This document shows positions 60,176 through 64,000 of a stretch of 64,000 nucleotides of DNA, piece by piece. Made by a program: the position numbers and the translations under genes. The notes beneath the pieces were generated by a model that was not told the origin of the DNA, did not search any database, and was given only the letters and a program-made list of their open reading frames with translations. The stretch is from contig CAWBZI010000007.1 of the NCBI GenBank assembly GCA_963793265.1, positions 32,001 to 96,000 of the forward strand, written 5' to 3'. The DNA comes from an uncultured cyanobacterium. GTDB lineage: Bacteria > Cyanobacteriota > Cyanobacteriia > Phormidesmidales > Phormidesmidaceae. Numbering within the stretch: the stretch's first letter is position 1; each line of letters starts with the position of its first letter.

Positions 60176-60919
60176 TTATTCAATTCTTTCTGACTCTTCA
60201 AAGACTCGCGATTCATCGTTATACTCGTCGATGAGCGCAATAATCTCATCAAGGTCGATTCGATTATTCTTAACTGCAAAAGATAGATTGCTAATTTCTT
60301 CTGCGGATACACCTGGGCTACCGTCAAGGCCACGTGTACCATCTAAGCCTGCTTTTCCTTCCACTCCAGACTCGCCCTGCAGGCCACGCTCTCCGGGGTC
60401 GCCCTTTTCGCCAGTCTCACCTTTAGGTCCAGTGTCGCCCTTTGGACCAGATTTACCCTGCTCTCCACGCAGACCTCTCTCTCCTTTTTCTCCACGCGGT
60501 CCAGATTCACCCCTAGCCCCTGGTCTGCCATCTTCACCTTTAAGGCCCGCTGGGCCTGATGGCCCTCGTAAAACTTCGAGTTCTGGCAAATCGCTAATAG
60601 CAGATGCAGTGAGCTGACCGTCCTGGCTGAGCTTTTCGACCTGACGAGCAATTTGCAGGTTAAGCATTGCCATCTCGGGCGTGCAAATACCTTCGCTGGT
60701 GAGTCCGTCGTTGGCCATCATGTTGATAGTGGTGCGATGGGCGGCTTTGGCAGTAGTCCCTAGCCCCAAGACAACAAAAGCAATCACCAGCGCGTTGAGG
60801 GCAACTACGCCCCAGTTACCTGCACTAATATTGTAGGAGATATATTTGATGTAGTCGCGGCCTACCTGCGTAAGATTTTTACCAGCGCTGCCGGATTGAA
60901 TGGGAGATTTGGAAGACAT
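60176..60919 (-). CDS. Membrane-anchored collagen-like protein with N-terminal QVGRD motif
   Basis: TM helix followed by roughly 28 Gly-X-Y triplets (GPSGPAGLKGED...GSPG). Confidence 0.85.
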   Translation of the reverse strand: MSSKSPIQSGSAGKNLTQVGRDYIKYISYNISAGNWGVVALNALVIAFVVLGLGTTAKAAHRTTINMMANDGLTSEGICTPEMAMLNLQIARQVEKLSQDGQLTASAISDLPELEVLRGPSGPAGLKGEDGRPGARGESGPRGEKGERGLRGEQGKSGPKGDTGPKGETGEKGDPGERGLQGESGVEGKAGLDGTRGLDGSPGVSAEEISNLSFAVKNNRIDLDEIIALIDEYNDESRVFEESERIE

Positions 60920-60968
60920 AGAACGATGCTTGATAGATAGGTTTGATTAAGCTATACAAGAGATTGTT

Positions 60969-61217
60969 TTACGGCGAGTTGGTTTCGGAACTGTTAGCAC
61001 CTTCAATCAGCTCGCCGTTGCCGGATGCATTAGGCCCAACGTTGATAGCCCACGCCAGGCCGCCGAGCGCGAGTACGCTAATGACGAAGACAGAGATAAA
61101 GACGCTGATAGTCGTTGAGTTGCCGCTATCCTGACTGAAATCTCTGCCAACTTGAACAGAGTTGCCACGAACGTTTTTAGCAGATTGCTTGGGTGGATTA
61201 GGCTGTTGCTCAGACAT
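60969..61217 (-). CDS. Small single-TM protein with N-terminal QVGRD motif
   Basis: RBS AAGGA; NVRGNSVQVGRDF followed by a hydrophobic helix. Confidence 0.75.
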   Translation of the reverse strand: MSEQQPNPPKQSAKNVRGNSVQVGRDFSQDSGNSTTISVFISVFVISVLALGGLAWAINVGPNASGNGELIEGANSSETNSP

Positions 61218-61357
61218 GAAATTTTTCCTTAAAACGGGGTTTTAGTAGAAAGTTATCAAAGGGAATAGCTGAGATGCACCTCGTTTTTGCTGCCCCCTTG
61301 TACATCTATCAGAGACGGTTAGAAATTTTATGCATGAGGTTTGCAAAGGAAGATCTT

Positions 61358-61422
61358 TTACAACATAGATGTATATGTTGTAACTTTTCCTAAACTCAGC
61401 AGCCTCTCCATATCTTCTCCAT
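61358..61422 (+). promoter_or_regulatory. Candidate regulatory elements upstream of chlF
   Basis: Inverted repeat TTACAACATA-n6-TATGTTGTAA (61358-61383); direct repeat TCTCCAT at 61405 and 61416. Confidence 0.5.
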
Positions 61423-61497
61423 CTTTCTTATTTACGCTGACTTCAATCAATCGAGAAAAGACAGTTTGCTTAAAGCTGTCCTCGACAGCGCAGGAAA

Positions 61498-62634
61498 ATG
61501 AAGATGACACAGATAGGCTTTGGGAGAACGAGCGCACTGGATCGCTTTGAACCACAGGTGTCTCCAACAGCGGCTAATATCGAGAGCCACTTTAGCTACC
61601 CAGTCAGTGCTGAAAATACTGCAACAGAGTCGGGCCGCTTGCGGCTTTGGCGTCGATTTTGCCTGTGGGTTACTAGCACTGAAAACCGGATATATATCGG
61701 TTGGTTTGGCATGATTGCGATTCCAACCCTTTCTACTGCGGCCATTGTGTTTTTGCTGGCTATTATCGCGGCCCCGGCTGTCGATATGAACGGTACAGGG
61801 CAAATGGTTTCAGGCGCTTTGCTGGATGGCAACAATCTGATTACGGCTGCTGTTGTACCCACGTCAGCGGCCATTGGTACGCACTTCTACCCGATTTGGG
61901 AAGCTGCCTCTATGGACGAATGGCTGATGAACGGTGGGCCTTATCAGCTCATTGTGCTGCATTTTATTATCGGCATTATCAGCTATCAAGATAGAGAGTG
62001 GGAGCTGAGCTATCGGCTAGGAATGCGTCCATGGATCTCGCTGGCCTTTACTGCGCCTGTAGCAGCGGCGGTGTCGGTGCTGTTGGTTTATCCGGTGGGT
62101 CAGGGTGGATTTGCTTCGGGGATGCCCCTCGGCATTTCAGGCACGTTCACTTTTATGATGCAGTTTCAGGCCGATCACAACATTTTGGCCAGTCCGTTTC
62201 ACCAGGCGGGTGTTGTTGGCGTGCTGGGTGGAGCCTTGCTGTGCGCGGTTCATGGGTCTTTGGTGACTTCGACGCTGACGCGCCCTGAAGACAGATCGTC
62301 TGGAGACTACAGCTTTGAACACGCCCAGCGCTTTCAACAAAAGTTCTTTTGGCGCGGCGCTCAGTTCGACAGCTCGCGGGCCGTACACTTTGTCCTTGCA
62401 GCGATTCCGGTTGCGGGTATTTGGTCGGCGGCGCTGGGTGTGGATATGGCGGCTTTTGACTTTGACCATTTTCCACTGATGAGAGGGTCGGTGCAAAAGA
62501 CGGTTGCGCCTACTTGGTCTGATCGAGTGCTACGCGCCAATCTTGGCATCCAGGCGATGAAAGAAGTGAATCAAACAAAGTTTCCAGCGCTGATTACACC
62601 GTTGACAATAAAGGAGAGTTCTCATGACCGCTAG
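61498..62634 (+). CDS. chlF: Chlorophyll f synthase (super-rogue D1, PsbA4); start may be ATG 61504
   Basis: D1 fold ([13 protein letters not shown]); diagnostic YQDREWE; Mn-cluster ligands lost (GFASGMP, FQADHN, divergent C-terminus). Confidence 0.93.
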   Translation: MKMTQIGFGRTSALDRFEPQVSPTAANIESHFSYPVSAENTATESGRLRLWRRFCLWVTSTENRIYIGWFGMIAIPTLSTAAIVFLLAIIAAPAVDMNGTGQMVSGALLDGNNLITAAVVPTSAAIGTHFYPIWEAASMDEWLMNGGPYQLIVLHFIIGIISYQDREWELSYRLGMRPWISLAFTAPVAAAVSVLLVYPVGQGGFASGMPLGISGTFTFMMQFQADHNILASPFHQAGVVGVLGGALLCAVHGSLVTSTLTRPEDRSSGDYSFEHAQRFQQKFFWRGAQFDSSRAVHFVLAAIPVAGIWSAALGVDMAAFDFDHFPLMRGSVQKTVAPTWSDRVLRANLGIQAMKEVNQTKFPALITPLTIKESSHDR

Positions 62635-64000
62635 TCCTCCGAAGCCGGAGACGCCTACTCGGGTTGTTACTGATAACAATCCGGTGCCAACCTCTTTTGA
62701 GAAGTGGGCAAAGCCGGGACACTTTGATCGAACGCTGGCACGTGGGCCTAAAACCACTACCTGGATTTGGAACCTACACGCTGACGCGCACGACTTTGAT
62801 ACGCATACGGCTGATTTGCAAGATGTCTCTCGCAAAATCTTTTCTGCTCACTTTGGGCATTTGGCCGTTGTTTTTGTTTGGCTGAGTGGAATGTATTTCC
62901 ACGGGGCTCGCTTTTCTAATTTTTCGTCCTGGATGAGCGATCCGGTTCATATTAACCCGAGCGCTCAGGTGGTGTGGCCGCTGGTTGGGCAAGACATTTT
63001 GAATGCTGATATGGGCGATGGTTTTAGAGGGATTCAGATTACCTCTGGGCTGTTTCAGATGTGGCGCGGTGAAGGGTTTACGAACGAGTTTCAGCTTTAT
63101 TGCACCGCAGTCGGGGCGCTGGTAATGGCAGCGCTGATGATTTTTGCGGGCTGGTTTCACTACCATGTGCGATCGCCCAAACTAGAATGGTTCCAAAATG
63201 TCGAGTCGATGCTCAACCACCATTTAGCCGGGCTGCTGGGCCTGGGCAGTTTGGGCTGGGCCGGGCACCTCATTCACGTGGCTTTGCCGACCAACAAACT
63301 GTTAGATGCTGGAGTGGCACTCAAAGACATTCCGCTGCCGCACGAGTTTATTCTAGACAAAGCGGTGATGGCCGAGCTTTATCCTGGATTTGCGCAAGGG
63401 CTGAAGCCTTTGTTCACGCTTAACTGGGGGGCCTATGCTGACTTTCTTACCTTTAAGGGGGGATTGAACCCGGTGACTGGGGGCTTGTGGATGACGGATA
63501 TTGCGCATCATCATGTTGCGATCGCTGTCCTCTTCCTGGTCGCAGGCCACATGTACCGCACTAACTGGGGCATTGGGCACAGTATCAAAACGATGCTAGA
63601 CGATGCCAGAAACCCAAAGATGCTGCCGTTTTTGAGCTTCATTGGCCCAGAAGGACACAGGGGACTCTACAAAGTACTCACTACCTCCTGGCACGCGCAG
63701 CTTTCGATTAACCTGGCTTTGTTGGGTTCGCTGAGCATCATTGTGGCTCAGCACATGTATGCCATGCCGCCCTATCCGTATTTGGCGACTGACTACGGCA
63801 CCGTGACCTCGCTCTTTACGCATCACATGTGGATTGGCGGCTTCCTGATTGTCGGCGCTGCGGCTCACGCGTCTATCTTCTTAGTGCGTGACTATGTTCC
63901 GGCTGAAAACGTTAACAACGTGCTCGATCGCGTCCTGCGCCATCGAGATGCGATTATCTCTCACTTAGTTTGGGTCTGTCAGTTCTTAGGCTTCCATAGC
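62624..64000 (+). CDS. psaA2: Far-red photosystem I core protein PsaA2, 3'-truncated by the window edge (missing from the ORF track)
   Basis: [41 protein letters not shown]; insertion [38 protein letters not shown] at 62611. Confidence 0.92.
   Translation, partial: MTASPPKPETPTRVVTDNNPVPTSFEKWAKPGHFDRTLARGPKTTTWIWNLHADAHDFDTHTADLQDVSRKIFSAHFGHLAVVFVWLSGMYFHGARFSNFSSWMSDPVHINPSAQVVWPLVGQDILNADMGDGFRGIQITSGLFQMWRGEGFTNEFQLYCTAVGALVMAALMIFAGWFHYHVRSPKLEWFQNVESMLNHHLAGLLGLGSLGWAGHLIHVALPTNKLLDAGVALKDIPLPHEFILDKAVMAELYPGFAQGLKPLFTLNWGAYADFLTFKGGLNPVTGGLWMTDIAHHHVAIAVLFLVAGHMYRTNWGIGHSIKTMLDDARNPKMLPFLSFIGPEGHRGLYKVLTTSWHAQLSINLALLGSLSIIVAQHMYAMPPYPYLATDYGTVTSLFTHHMWIGGFLIVGAAAHASIFLVRDYVPAENVNNVLDRVLRHRDAIISHLVWVCQFLGFHS

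Noticed and set aside
60096..60617. 173-aa Pro/Ser-rich plus-strand ORF
   Set aside because: Antisense shadow of the collagen Gly-X-Y repeats
61498..62634. Ordinary psbA (D1) or a psbA pseudogene
   Set aside because: The ORF is intact, and the QD motif with loss of Mn ligands identifies ChlF
62664..63868. Short ORFs listed in the track over this region
   Set aside because: They are shadows of psaA2, which the track missed because its stop lies outside the window

Overview
This is cyanobacterial chromosomal DNA. The HIP1 octamer GCGATCGC is very frequent, and the photosynthesis genes resemble those of far-red-acclimating Leptolyngbyaceae such as Synechococcus PCC 7335 (inference). From left to right: (1) a multi-GAF kinase/NarL pair and a pseudo-receiver OmpR regulator. 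(2) An NHLP-type peptide export operon (tandem cNMP protein, short HlyD-like protein, C39-ABC, second ABC), followed by a DM13 gene, two small double-glycine precursor peptides, a NarL/CHASE2 two-component pair and a Nif11-like protein, with no modifying enzyme visible. (3) RND efflux and ABC genes. (4) A stand-alone A-PCP-TE NRPS with a Cys-type thioesterase, paired with a JmjC/cupin oxygenase. (5) Mostly housekeeping genes: a His-tailed ferrochelatase paralog, ribE, crtO, a KirBac channel, GH57, nblB, eno and gloA. (6) A defence-like island with HEPN-MNT, an interrupted NACHT-WD40 NLR carrying near-identical 126-bp repeats, a DUF6883 remnant and two membrane proteins sharing a RHIM-like QVGRD motif. 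(7) The start of a FaRLiP cluster: chlF overlapping psaA2, which runs off the window. Three single-base frameshifts and one in-frame amber stop may be real lesions or assembly errors. All product calls come from motif recognition by eye; no database searches were run.
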